Shown: positions 9,971 through 19,627 of the stretch, piece after piece
Layout of the letters: each line of letters begins with the position of its first letter
How positions within the stretch are numbered: position 1 is the stretch's first letter
NCBI GenBank assembly: GCA_000146465.1
Contig: CP001942.1
Strand: one strand, 5' to 3'
Length of the DNA stretch: 64,000 bases
Notes under the pieces: model-generated
Told to the model about the DNA's origin: nothing
The model's database searches: none
The model's input: only the letters and a program-made list of their open reading frames with translations
Made by a program: the position numbers and the translations under genes

Positions 9971-11404
9971 ATGAAAGGCATAGAGCAAAGCGATCTCTGT
10001 ATCAAGATCGATCCATTGTTTAATGCATCCATGAAGACATCGGCAACTATATATGTTGATGAGGAGCTGAGGAAACCTTTGATTGAAGAGTTGGATGCTG
10101 GGGTGGCTCTGTCTTCTATTTCTCAGATATCTGATGTCTGCTCTCTACCAGGACTCATTGGAGATGTCATAGGATTGCCAGACATACACACTGGGTATGG
10201 ATTTCCAATAGGATCTGTTGCTGCATTCGACATCAACAATCCCGAGTCGGTGGTAAGTCCTGGAGGGGTTGGATATGACATCAACTGTGGAGTTAGAGCA
10301 TTGAGGGCCAACCTCGACATAGACCACTTTAGAGCTTGTGCGGAATCTCTTGCTGATGAACTCTTCAATATAATACCCACTGGAGTAGGAAATGATAAAG
10401 GATCAAGAATTGAAATGAGTACGTTGAATTCCATCCTGGATCTCGGGTTAAGTCATCTGCTGAAATCAAAGGAGATATGTGATGAGGATGTGGAATATTG
10501 CGAAAGCAGGGGATATATGGATGGAAACAGCCGTCTTATTGGACAGAAATCAAAGGGGAGGGGATTGAATCAACTTGGGACTCTTGGGTCTGGAAATCAT
10601 TATCTAGAGGTTCAATATGTCGACGAGGTGTATGACACAGAGAAGGCAGAAATAATGGGCATAAGGAAAGGACAGATAATTGTGATGATCCACACAGGAA
10701 GCCGTGGTCTTGGACATGGAGTATGCCACAATTCTCTAATGAAGATGGCGGGAATGGCGCCTGACTATGGCCAGCTTGCATGTTCCCGTTTCAACTCGGA
10801 GGAATCCCAAGAGTATCTTCTTTCGATGGGATGTGCGGCAAACTTTGCCTTTGCTAACAGAGCGATGATAACCAAGAGTGCTAGGAAGGCGTTTGAAAAG
10901 GTGTTTCCAGGCTCGAGGCTTGAGCTGATTTATGATGTTTGCCACAATATTGCAAAGAAAGAGAAGCATAGAGTCCATGGGAAAGAATACGATGTTCTCG
11001 TGCACAGAAAAGGAGCTTCCAGGGCATTTCCTCCATTCCATGCAGACATTCCGTGGAAATACAAAGAAATAGGACAGCCAGTGATAGTAGGGGGATCGAT
11101 GGGAACATACAGCTACATTCTGTGTGGATCGGAGAAGTCCATGGAGTTGAGTTTTGGATCAACATGCCATGGGGCAGGACGTGTCCTTTCTAGAAGCAGG
11201 TCAAAGGATTTATTTACTCAAGAGAGCGTGCGTGATCTTCTAAGGAGTCAAGACATAGTATTTAGGTGTGCAAGCAGCCCTGGAATGGTTGAAGAATCGC
11301 CTGGCTGCTACAAAGATGTCAATAGAGTTGTTAATCTAAGCGACGCAATCGGACTAACGAAGAAGGTTTGCCGTTTAAAGCCGTGCCTGGTCATTAAAGG
11401 CTAA
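9971..11404 (+). CDS. RTCB: RNA-splicing ligase RtcB (tRNA ligase HSPC117 family)
   Basis: 477 aa. Metal-binding motifs HTGSRGLGH, NHYLEV and CHGAGR, with overall RtcB colinearity. Confidence 0.9.
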   Translation: MKGIEQSDLCIKIDPLFNASMKTSATIYVDEELRKPLIEELDAGVALSSISQISDVCSLPGLIGDVIGLPDIHTGYGFPIGSVAAFDINNPESVVSPGGVGYDINCGVRALRANLDIDHFRACAESLADELFNIIPTGVGNDKGSRIEMSTLNSILDLGLSHLLKSKEICDEDVEYCESRGYMDGNSRLIGQKSKGRGLNQLGTLGSGNHYLEVQYVDEVYDTEKAEIMGIRKGQIIVMIHTGSRGLGHGVCHNSLMKMAGMAPDYGQLACSRFNSEESQEYLLSMGCAANFAFANRAMITKSARKAFEKVFPGSRLELIYDVCHNIAKKEKHRVHGKEYDVLVHRKGASRAFPPFHADIPWKYKEIGQPVIVGGSMGTYSYILCGSEKSMELSFGSTCHGAGRVLSRSRSKDLFTQESVRDLLRSQDIVFRCASSPGMVEESPGCYKDVNRVVNLSDAIGLTKKVCRLKPCLVIKG

Positions 11405-11411
11405 ACAATAG

Positions 11412-12809
11412 CTACTCCGTCTTGTTATTGATTCTTTTTAAGAGTTTCTCCATGGATAGCATCGGAAGCTTTTTTCTTTTACTGCTAAGAAGTGCTGGTA
11501 ATGGCCATAGAATAGAATCCTCGTAGTTACTGGTGGCGCTGTCTTCTACAACACGAGCATCGCTTATTATGCGACTCTTCAACGTGTAAGGGTCGTAGTT
11601 GTAGTATGTAAGATATGCAGCCATGACTCCTGTGGTGTGTGGAGCAGCCATGGATGTCCCGGAAACAATCTTTTGGGTTCCCCCTGTCCAGGAGCTGAGT
11701 ATGTCTACACCAGGAGCAAAGATGTTCACACACTCTCCAAAGTTGCTGAAGAACGCAATGGTATCTCTGTATGTCGACGCGCCTGTTGTTATGCTTGCCT
11801 TCGAAGATCCAGGTGAGAAGTCGCATGCATCCTCATGCTCGTTTCCTGCAGCAGTCGAAAAGTGGATTCCTAGCTTCGATGCATACTCAATTGCAAAGTT
11901 GAGTGCAGCGTTCCTGAATCCTCCAACACTGAGGTTAACAATTGTTTTTGGTTGCAAGGCCTTCTCTGAAACAATGTCTACCAGGTGCTGTATTGAAGGA
12001 GGTTCAGGGCGGATGAAGGAAAAGCTCTCGGAGCCATCTATCTCCACCTCAATATCAGAAGACCCGCTGGAATTGAGATACTTATCTGCTGCAGCTTCAT
12101 AGAGTTTGTCTTTTTTCCTTTCATGCTCCTTAATGACAAAGTCCACTCCTTGCAGAAGCCTCGAAGTCATCCCAGATCCATACTTGTCAAGAACCTTGAC
12201 GGCTATGATCTTTGACTCCTTGGATATTCCAAAGTTCTTCCCGCCAATCACTCCTGCGCAATGTGTTCCATGCCCATGGTCATCTCCATCCTGGCTTTCT
12301 GGGACAAAGTTGGCACCCCATCTGGCTCTTCCTTCAAATTCAGGATGATCGATCTCCACCCCCGTATCCAGAACATACACGTCAACACCCTCTCCAGAGT
12401 TGACAGGATAGCAATAGCTTCTCTGGACCAAAGACATACTTCCTGCTACCCTGGCAAGGCCCCACGGTGCATGTCTTTGCATTAGAATACTGCCTTTCTC
12501 GTTGTTATTAAGGTCTCCAAGCTTCAGCCTACTGATTCTTACAGAACTATCTTCTACAACCATTTTCACATTTGGGTGTTTCCTCATTCTTTCGGCTGGA
12601 GTATCGCTCATGCGAGCTACGAATCCATTGGTCATCTTTATTCCGATGGTTTCGTTGGGGCCAAGAATCCTTTGTGCCTCCAGGATGTTTATATTGTACA
12701 ATGCATTCATGGATGCCCTGTCCATTCTTGGATCCTGATCAAACATTACAATATAATCCCTCGCTTCCTTGCACAATACTAAAGATAGAAGTGTAATTCC
12801 GAAGATCAT
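11412..12809 (-). CDS. Secreted subtilisin-like serine protease (S8 family) with I9 propeptide
   Basis: 465 aa. Signal peptide MIFGITLLSLVLC. Catalytic triad contexts VLDTGV (Asp), HGTHCAG (His) and GTSMAAPHTTG (Ser). Inhibitor-I9-like pro-domain is N-terminal. Confidence 0.85.
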   Translation of the reverse strand: MIFGITLLSLVLCKEARDYIVMFDQDPRMDRASMNALYNINILEAQRILGPNETIGIKMTNGFVARMSDTPAERMRKHPNVKMVVEDSSVRISRLKLGDLNNNEKGSILMQRHAPWGLARVAGSMSLVQRSYCYPVNSGEGVDVYVLDTGVEIDHPEFEGRARWGANFVPESQDGDDHGHGTHCAGVIGGKNFGISKESKIIAVKVLDKYGSGMTSRLLQGVDFVIKEHERKKDKLYEAAADKYLNSSGSSDIEVEIDGSESFSFIRPEPPSIQHLVDIVSEKALQPKTIVNLSVGGFRNAALNFAIEYASKLGIHFSTAAGNEHEDACDFSPGSSKASITTGASTYRDTIAFFSNFGECVNIFAPGVDILSSWTGGTQKIVSGTSMAAPHTTGVMAAYLTYYNYDPYTLKSRIISDARVVEDSATSNYEDSILWPLPALLSSKRKKLPMLSMEKLLKRINNKTE

Positions 12810-12868
12810 TTTACTCTTTAATATTTATTTCGTCTCATATTTATTCCTTGCCTGAAACGTACGTTTGG

Positions 12869-13993
12869 TTAGTCACAGCAAGAGTCTACAGTTCTGCTTA
12901 TGCCTCTGTCAATTACCAACTCCTTGGTGGACCTTCGTCTTGTCTTCTCTTGGCTTAAGATCTTCCTCACTTCGTCCCGGAGTTTGTCTTTTATTTTGTA
13001 CAGGTAGCAATCAACAGCCAGGTTCTGAAACACCTCAATCAAATCTTTGAACGTTCTGATTCCATAAACCTTTGTAATTTGGATAAACCTCGACTTCAGT
13101 AATGTAGAAGAAAATCTCACATATAATTTTATGGTTCTCCAGAAAATATCCTCGACATCAATTGGAATGTCCAGTGTATAACTGTCCAGCCTTGGAATTA
13201 GCTTGGAGATTTCTTCTTTTATCCTTTCTCGCCCCACCGTCTCCTCCCCTTCAATGCCACTTTCATCTATAAGCTTAAGAATTTCGGAAATCTGTATCCC
13301 GATTGAGCAGAAGTGGTTGTGCAATATAACATAGCCCATAAGCGCCATGTTGTTGTATTCGTTCCAGAAGGGCACAACAAGTTTGCTTGATATGTATCCG
13401 TTTATCAAGTGCGACAGTCTTTTTCGGGTGGTCTTGAGCTTCTCACACATTCCATCCCACTCTTCATCCGTAGTTGGAATCCCCTCCTCAGGCATCTTGA
13501 AGCTTTTCCTATACAAGTAGCCAAATCCCATTATTCTATAGTACTTGGAAATGCACTTTCTAGAGGTCTTGTTCATTATCCCGCATATCTTCTTCCACTT
13601 GAATCCAAAGATTCTGACAAGATTCAGAAGCTGAATTTCGTTCTCGGGCTCCCATTTTGAATCAATGTATGGATGGTAGTGGTAGGAAACATAGACCCAT
13701 AAGGAATTCATTGTTCTTTGCTTCAGTGCATTGCTCACTTCAATCAAGAGCTCTCGGATTGGGAACTCCGGCTCCTCCTCGAGAAAAAAACTATACAAGT
13801 TCTTCATCTCCATCTTGTTCTCCTTCAGAAACTTTTGTATGGCCGAGTCAACCACTTTGGCTTCATAAGAGTTGTAGCATCCCCTCTTCATAGATATGTT
13901 GTATTTCTTCATGATCTCCTTGACCTCATGCGCATCTGTGAACTTTGTCCGTAGATGGTTTTCGGCCTCTTCCTTAGTCCTAAAGATATGCAT
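12869..13993 (-). CDS. Hypothetical protein with Myb/SANT-like repeat
   Basis: 374 aa. WEPENEIQLLNLVRIFGFKWKKICGIMNKTSRKCISKYYRI fits a Myb/SANT repeat. The rest is unrecognised. Confidence 0.4.
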   Translation of the reverse strand: MHIFRTKEEAENHLRTKFTDAHEVKEIMKKYNISMKRGCYNSYEAKVVDSAIQKFLKENKMEMKNLYSFFLEEEPEFPIRELLIEVSNALKQRTMNSLWVYVSYHYHPYIDSKWEPENEIQLLNLVRIFGFKWKKICGIMNKTSRKCISKYYRIMGFGYLYRKSFKMPEEGIPTTDEEWDGMCEKLKTTRKRLSHLINGYISSKLVVPFWNEYNNMALMGYVILHNHFCSIGIQISEILKLIDESGIEGEETVGRERIKEEISKLIPRLDSYTLDIPIDVEDIFWRTIKLYVRFSSTLLKSRFIQITKVYGIRTFKDLIEVFQNLAVDCYLYKIKDKLRDEVRKILSQEKTRRRSTKELVIDRGISRTVDSCCD

Positions 13994-14006
13994 GGGTGCA
14001 GCACCA

Positions 14007-14594
14007 TCATTTCTTTAATACGACCGACTTTATTTCCTCAACCAACGCCCTGTTCACCCTCACTCCAAAAAAGCATTCAAAGAGACTAAGTTCCTCATCG
14101 TCTAGAACACTCAATGCAACCATTTCCGGCTCATACACCCCATTGAAGTATTTGATGAGATTTACTCTTCCATCTCCATGCACCTCGTCCAAAACAACAA
14201 GCTTCTTTAAGACATCTACATTCAGTGTCTTCCCAATCCTCAAAAGGAAGAATTGAGCAGGCCTAATGTTGAACTGGAACTCGATAAGCTCGATCACCTT
14301 GCACTCAATGGCTATAAGACGCTCCCTGGGGGGAATTGTGCCCGCATGTGTGGCTCTGGGCATTGCCTCAAGAATGGCTTCCAGCTTTATTAACGTTTCG
14401 TTGATTTTGGATGCCAAGTAAACACAGACAAGAACAACTATGTTGTAGCTCTCCTTCCTGAAGAGCTTTGGATATGTCTGCTGGAATATTATCTGGGATA
14501 TTATCTTGGATCTATATGGGATCGAGAGGAGCTTTGAAAGATTCAGGATTGTTTTGTTTCCTTCGGCAATATCGTTTTTGAGCATGGATTCCAT
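14007..14594 (-). CDS. Cyclin-like protein (cyclin box fold; C/H/Pho80-type)
   Basis: 195 aa. Helical repeat pattern and hydrophobic core spacing resemble a single cyclin box. No canonical MRAIL. Diverges from SMC with only a 35-bp spacer. Confidence 0.45.
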   Translation of the reverse strand: MESMLKNDIAEGNKTILNLSKLLSIPYRSKIISQIIFQQTYPKLFRKESYNIVVLVCVYLASKINETLIKLEAILEAMPRATHAGTIPPRERLIAIECKVIELIEFQFNIRPAQFFLLRIGKTLNVDVLKKLVVLDEVHGDGRVNLIKYFNGVYEPEMVALSVLDDEELSLFECFFGVRVNRALVEEIKSVVLKK

Positions 14595-14629
14595 GGCAGG
14601 GATTTGATGGATTTTTATCTATCCCTTGG

Positions 14630-17600
14630 ATGTTCATCAAGGAGATAGTTCTCGATGGGTTTAAATGCTATGAGGAAAAAGTGGTGGTAGCCAATCTCGA
14701 CAGATCGTTCAATGCAGTAACTGGGATGAATGGATCTGGGAAGTCCAATGTACTTGACGGGATCCTGTTTGCTCTTGGGCTTGAAGGTACAAAGGCGCTG
14801 CGTGCGAACAACATCAAGGAGCTTATCAATAGCAACAGAAAGGAATGTAAGGTAAGTGTTGTGATGTGTAACAAAGAAAAGGCGAGGAGTCCACCTGGGT
14901 ACGAACATTATGATGAGATTTGTGTTTCCCGGGCGATTGATAGTGAGGGAAGAACAAAATGCTATATAAATAATCACCTTTGTACCTTTTCGACGCTGAG
15001 CAAGCTGTGCGGGTCGATGGGCCTCACGTCCCGGGGATCTTTTTCTTCTGTTGTGATGCAAGGGCACATAACAAAAGTTCTGAGTATGAAGAGCTCTGAT
15101 CTCCGGGGGCTTATTGAAGAGACAGCAGGAACAAAGTCCTATGAGAAGGAGAAAGAGAAGGCAATGAGTATGATTGAGAAGAAAGAAGAGAAACTTAGAG
15201 AGGCCCAGGAGATGCTGAAGAGAAGGATATCGCCGTTTTACGACAAGCTTCGGGAGGAAAGAGCAAGGTTTCTGGAGACCCGAGACCTGAAGGAAAGGAA
15301 GAGGATTCTGTCGCAAAGGGAACAGGAAGTTAAAGAGATCCTGGTTGTGGATGAGGTTCGGGAAGAGATAGATGTTCTAGACAGGAGCTTAAGAAGTTAT
15401 ATTGAAGAGATGAAGAGCTTGGAACTGATTGAGAAAAGAATAGAGGAGATTTCGGGAGCAAAGGAGGAAGTGGATATTGTGTGGATTAAGGCATCTATTG
15501 ATGGAGAAAAGTTGAAATTGGATGAGATGAAGGGCAAAGGATTGGAAGAAAGACTTTTAAAGAAGAAGGAAGAAGTAAGGATGATGGAAGGATTGAGGCC
15601 AGGCCTAGAGCTTGCTAGACTTGTTGAGAGGGAAAGATTGCTTGCGGAGAGCTTAAGAAGAATGGACACTGGGGAAAACGATGTCCTGAGAAAAGCTGAA
15701 GAACTTACATCTCTTAAATTACAGAGGTCCCGAATTGAATTTGAGTTTAACTCAATCTCAGAGGGAGTTTTCTCTCAGGAGAGATTAGACGAGATTGAGA
15801 GGATTAAAGTCTCTGAAGAGGAGATTGAGGAGCTTCGGAAGAAGGCACAAGTACTAAGGTCTAAAATCAACTATCCTCTTGTTGAAGGGGTTTTCGGGAC
15901 TGTTGAGGAGAATGTTGAGGTATGTGATGAAAGATATCTTGAGGCGGTGTATACTGTAATGGGGGCCAGGGCCAAGTATGTTATAACATCGGACGAAAAA
16001 GTTGGGGGCCTTCTACTGAGCACTGCAGAGAGGAGTGTGAGCGTAATACCACTTTCGAAGATAAGGGTGTTTTGCCTCTCGGCAAGTGTTTTGAAAGAGA
16101 TAGAATCGAGAGGAGGTGTGAGTATGGTCAACCTTTTGAGATTTGACAACAGTGTTCGAAAGGCCATTGAGTTTGTATTTGGTAACTTCTTTATGTTTGA
16201 AAGCAAGGAGATGGCTAGAAAAGTCTGTTTTGAGCAGAAGGTGATGTGTGTAACCATTGATGGAACTGTATATGATCCAAAAGGAACACTTAGTGGAGGA
16301 AAGACGAGCTTCAAGATTGGTACTGTACGAAGAAAGGATGTGGAGGAGATAGAAAGGCTTGTTGAGTCTCTGGAGTTGAATAGAAGGAAGTTTGAGGCAC
16401 TGAAGGAGGAATATGCAAGGTTATTGAGGGGGAAGGTCTTGGATGAGAGAAGGTTAAAGCTTAAAAAGGAGATGGGGTCTCTGGATACACGGATCTCCGT
16501 TTTGTCTGATCTGTGCGAGGATGGAATGAACATCAGAGAGGAATTAAGGGTTGTACGAGAAAAGATAGTTGAAGGAATGAAGGAGAAGAGCAAAGCGGAT
16601 ATTATTGAAGAAAAGAAGAAGAAGTTAGAGTCCCAAATAAGAGAAATGGAGTTGGAGATCAAACAGAACCAAGAGGAGATGAGAAGGTGTGAAGAAAGGA
16701 TCTTGTCCTACGAAAAGATGCTTGGGAAACATGATGTTGAGAATGACAACAGAAGGATGAGCGAACGAGAGATGGATGGGCTTGAGTCCAAGCAAAGACA
16801 CTTGATTAGAAGTACTGGAAAGCTACAAAACAAGATTGCAAAGATTTATAATGATGTTGAGAGGAAGCTTAGACAAACTCTTAATGGTGAGGAGGAACAC
16901 ATATATGAAGACAGAGTACTTGATGAAGAGATCTATAAGACTGCCGAATCCATTGGAGTTAATCCTAGATATCTTTTAATCCGAAAGCAAAACATGGCAG
17001 AGAAAGAACGACTTGAATTGGTGGAGGAGCTGGAGATGATTAGAAGTGAAATGAAGAGGCTAAGCAGCATGAAGAAAAGTACGATGGACCCGGCGAACTT
17101 TGATCTTCTGGAGCGGAACGAACTGATGATCGAGGATCTAAAGGTGAAGATCGACAAGCTGGAAAAAGACAGGCTTGCGATTATACAAAGCATCTCAAGA
17201 TTTGATGATCTAGGATATAAGGAGAATCTGAAAGCGTTCCACCACATCAATGGAAGATTGGGAAGGTTTCTTAGATACTTCATACCAGAGTCGGATGCAA
17301 GGATCGATGAAAACAATGGAGAGTATTCCTTAAGAGTCAAGATAGGAAACTGGAAGGAGTCTTTGGGAGAGCTTAGCGGGGGGCAGAGATCTCTTGTAGC
17401 TCTTTGTCTAATATTTTCCATGCTTACATACAGACCATCCTCATTTTATATTTTCGACGAGATTGATTCTGCATTGGACCTAAGCTATACACAAGGAATT
17501 GGAGAGATCATAAGGAACGAGTTTAGCAATGCCCAGTTCATAGTGGTATCCCTAAAGAATGGGATGTTTGACAATGCAAATAACATATTCAAGGTGTATC

Positions 17601-17638
17601 TACAGGATGGAAAGTCGAGGATATGTAGAATAAAGTGA
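14630..17638 (+). CDS. Structural maintenance of chromosomes protein, SMC2-like (condensin)
   Basis: 1002 aa. N-terminal MFIKEIVLDGFKCYEEKVVVANLDRSFNAVTGMNGSGKSNVLD (Walker A) closely parallels the SMC2 N-terminus. Long coiled coils and a central hinge follow. C-terminal signature LSGGQRSLVALCLIFSM and Walker B YIFDEIDSALD. Confidence 0.75.
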   Translation: MFIKEIVLDGFKCYEEKVVVANLDRSFNAVTGMNGSGKSNVLDGILFALGLEGTKALRANNIKELINSNRKECKVSVVMCNKEKARSPPGYEHYDEICVSRAIDSEGRTKCYINNHLCTFSTLSKLCGSMGLTSRGSFSSVVMQGHITKVLSMKSSDLRGLIEETAGTKSYEKEKEKAMSMIEKKEEKLREAQEMLKRRISPFYDKLREERARFLETRDLKERKRILSQREQEVKEILVVDEVREEIDVLDRSLRSYIEEMKSLELIEKRIEEISGAKEEVDIVWIKASIDGEKLKLDEMKGKGLEERLLKKKEEVRMMEGLRPGLELARLVERERLLAESLRRMDTGENDVLRKAEELTSLKLQRSRIEFEFNSISEGVFSQERLDEIERIKVSEEEIEELRKKAQVLRSKINYPLVEGVFGTVEENVEVCDERYLEAVYTVMGARAKYVITSDEKVGGLLLSTAERSVSVIPLSKIRVFCLSASVLKEIESRGGVSMVNLLRFDNSVRKAIEFVFGNFFMFESKEMARKVCFEQKVMCVTIDGTVYDPKGTLSGGKTSFKIGTVRRKDVEEIERLVESLELNRRKFEALKEEYARLLRGKVLDERRLKLKKEMGSLDTRISVLSDLCEDGMNIREELRVVREKIVEGMKEKSKADIIEEKKKKLESQIREMELEIKQNQEEMRRCEERILSYEKMLGKHDVENDNRRMSEREMDGLESKQRHLIRSTGKLQNKIAKIYNDVERKLRQTLNGEEEHIYEDRVLDEEIYKTAESIGVNPRYLLIRKQNMAEKERLELVEELEMIRSEMKRLSSMKKSTMDPANFDLLERNELMIEDLKVKIDKLEKDRLAIIQSISRFDDLGYKENLKAFHHINGRLGRFLRYFIPESDARIDENNGEYSLRVKIGNWKESLGELSGGQRSLVALCLIFSMLTYRPSSFYIFDEIDSALDLSYTQGIGEIIRNEFSNAQFIVVSLKNGMFDNANNIFKVYLQDGKSRICRIK

Positions 17639-17670
17639 CGATTGCATGGAATTAAAATATTTTATAGTCT

Positions 17671-19560
17671 ATGTTTGTGGATCGGAAACACCCTCAGGGA
17701 ATGAATGAGACTATGAAAAGCGCAAAGTTTGATCTAGACACAGGAGACAGCGATAGCCATAACTACATCCACAACGAGTCGGAAAGCTACTCTGCCGAGG
17801 ATGGAAAGTACGAGGTAGGAAAGGAGGAAAACAACGATCCATTTGAGAAGCTGAAGAGTAGTGCAGCAGACACTCTTCATCAGAGGACAGGATGGATTTT
17901 CCTGATAGGTGTTTTTCTATCCATACTTGCTGTGTGCTGCTGGAATTTTCACATGGATGTCAAAGATAGGAATGAAGCGACTTTCAGCGTCCGAGTGAGA
18001 GATGTTCTACTTGTATGTTCTGCAGGAGTGTTTTTCTTCATTGCCTTAAACTTCATTATCTTTAAGACGAGTTTTCTAGGAATGAAGAGGTCCAACAGCC
18101 TAAACACATTCTTCTACTACACCAACGAGCTCTCGGAACATATTTCTGTGGGAACCATCTTGATCTTTGGATTTTTCTTTGTGTTTCTGAAGGACTTGGA
18201 CTGTTGTGTATATAACAAGCAAAGCCTTGATCTATTTCTCACTGATGTGTTTGGCAGTCTGTTGATAGCAATCTTTATGCTCGGGGTTGTAAGGGTATTC
18301 CATCGGGCCATATCGATGAATTTCAACTACTCTGTGTACATTAAGAGGATTAGAAGGGTGCTCCTGGAGGATGCATTTATCAACCTTCTTGGAGTCCTGG
18401 ACACCAAGAGGAACAGGGGGATTGAGAGGTCCAGGCTGAACAAGTCCCAAGAGATTATGTACAGGAGCGATGCGATTTCGTCGATAAACGAATATATGGA
18501 GGACTTATATGGGTACAACGAGCCTACCAACGAGCTGGACCTTCCCAGAAAGAGAGTTCTTCTTAAGGAGTTTCAAAGACTCATGCGGCGTTCAAGCGGG
18601 ATTCGTGGAGATGTCATGAAAATGTCCCAAAGACTCAAGAACAGGGCAGGGAGTAAGGCAAGCAAGATAGTTGGAAAGGATGGAAGTATTGGTCCTATGT
18701 CTGATCTGTCGCTATATTTCCACAACCCAGAGGTGTTCAAATTCCTGATGAAGGAAATCGGTGTTGAAGAAGGGTTTAAATTCAGCAAAAGCAGCCTGGC
18801 GGACTTTATTGAAAGAACATACCGGGAGAGACACTTCTTGAAAGAGAATCTCGAGCACATGAATTCAGCCATAGACAAGGTTGCATTTGGCCTCAAAATC
18901 ATAATAGGAGGACTTATTATAGCAATGATGTACATCAGAGCAGGAGGAGAAGGAGTTACAACCATCGGAGTGATTTCTGCATTGTTTGGTACACAGTTTA
19001 TATCCAACTCGTTTTCCGAGAGTGTGATTGGTAGCATAATCTTTCTATTTTTCATTCATCCGTATGACATTGGAGATCGGATCTTTGTGACTCTAGATGG
19101 AGAGGAAGAGAACTTGGTTGTATCGGAGCTGAATGTGTTTTCGACTGTATTCTACAGATGGGATGGGGTCTACATAACAATCCTCAATACAGTGTTGGCA
19201 CAGAAAGCAATCAGAAATCTTCGAAGGAGTGGAATCATGGCCGAGTCCCATAAGATTCAAGTAAACAGCAGGACTAACCAGAAGAAGTTGATCCGTTTGA
19301 AGGAACTCATAGAGGACTTTGTCAAGAGCAACCCAGAAGACTATACAGAGTACATAATGCTAAATCATGAATTTATTTCGGATGCATCGAAGCTGCACAT
19401 GAAAGTCTATATGCAGTATAAGAGCAGCTGGCAGAACTTCGAGTTATACCTCCGAAGAAAAACCAAGTTCCTGTCTTTTTTGAATAGAGCCCTCCAGGAG
19501 TTAGAGATAGAGTATATTCTGCCACCAATGCCGATTTCCTTAAGGAATGTCCAGAACTAG
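17671..19560 (+). CDS. MscS-like mechanosensitive ion channel (paralog 1)
   Basis: 629 aa. Multiple N-terminal TM helices. MscS pore/beta-domain signature FFIHPYDIGDRIFVTLDGEEENLVVSELNVFSTVFYRWDGVYITILNTVLAQKAIRNLRRS. Confidence 0.75.
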   Translation: MFVDRKHPQGMNETMKSAKFDLDTGDSDSHNYIHNESESYSAEDGKYEVGKEENNDPFEKLKSSAADTLHQRTGWIFLIGVFLSILAVCCWNFHMDVKDRNEATFSVRVRDVLLVCSAGVFFFIALNFIIFKTSFLGMKRSNSLNTFFYYTNELSEHISVGTILIFGFFFVFLKDLDCCVYNKQSLDLFLTDVFGSLLIAIFMLGVVRVFHRAISMNFNYSVYIKRIRRVLLEDAFINLLGVLDTKRNRGIERSRLNKSQEIMYRSDAISSINEYMEDLYGYNEPTNELDLPRKRVLLKEFQRLMRRSSGIRGDVMKMSQRLKNRAGSKASKIVGKDGSIGPMSDLSLYFHNPEVFKFLMKEIGVEEGFKFSKSSLADFIERTYRERHFLKENLEHMNSAIDKVAFGLKIIIGGLIIAMMYIRAGGEGVTTIGVISALFGTQFISNSFSESVIGSIIFLFFIHPYDIGDRIFVTLDGEEENLVVSELNVFSTVFYRWDGVYITILNTVLAQKAIRNLRRSGIMAESHKIQVNSRTNQKKLIRLKELIEDFVKSNPEDYTEYIMLNHEFISDASKLHMKVYMQYKSSWQNFELYLRRKTKFLSFLNRALQELEIEYILPPMPISLRNVQN

Positions 19561-19627
19561 GTCGTTCTCCTCTCGAAAGGAATATGCCTTTTTGGTAAGG
19601 ACCAAGAATTGAGAATAGCCCTGAGAA

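Noticed and set aside
14615-16662. Minus-strand ORFs 14615..15316 (233 aa) and 15871..16662 (263 aa) inside the SMC gene
   Set aside because: They are antisense to a K/E-rich coiled-coil gene, so translations are F/L/S-rich low-complexity (e.g. ISNSISLIWDSNFFFFSSIISALLFSF). The SMC frame has Walker A/B and the SMC signature.
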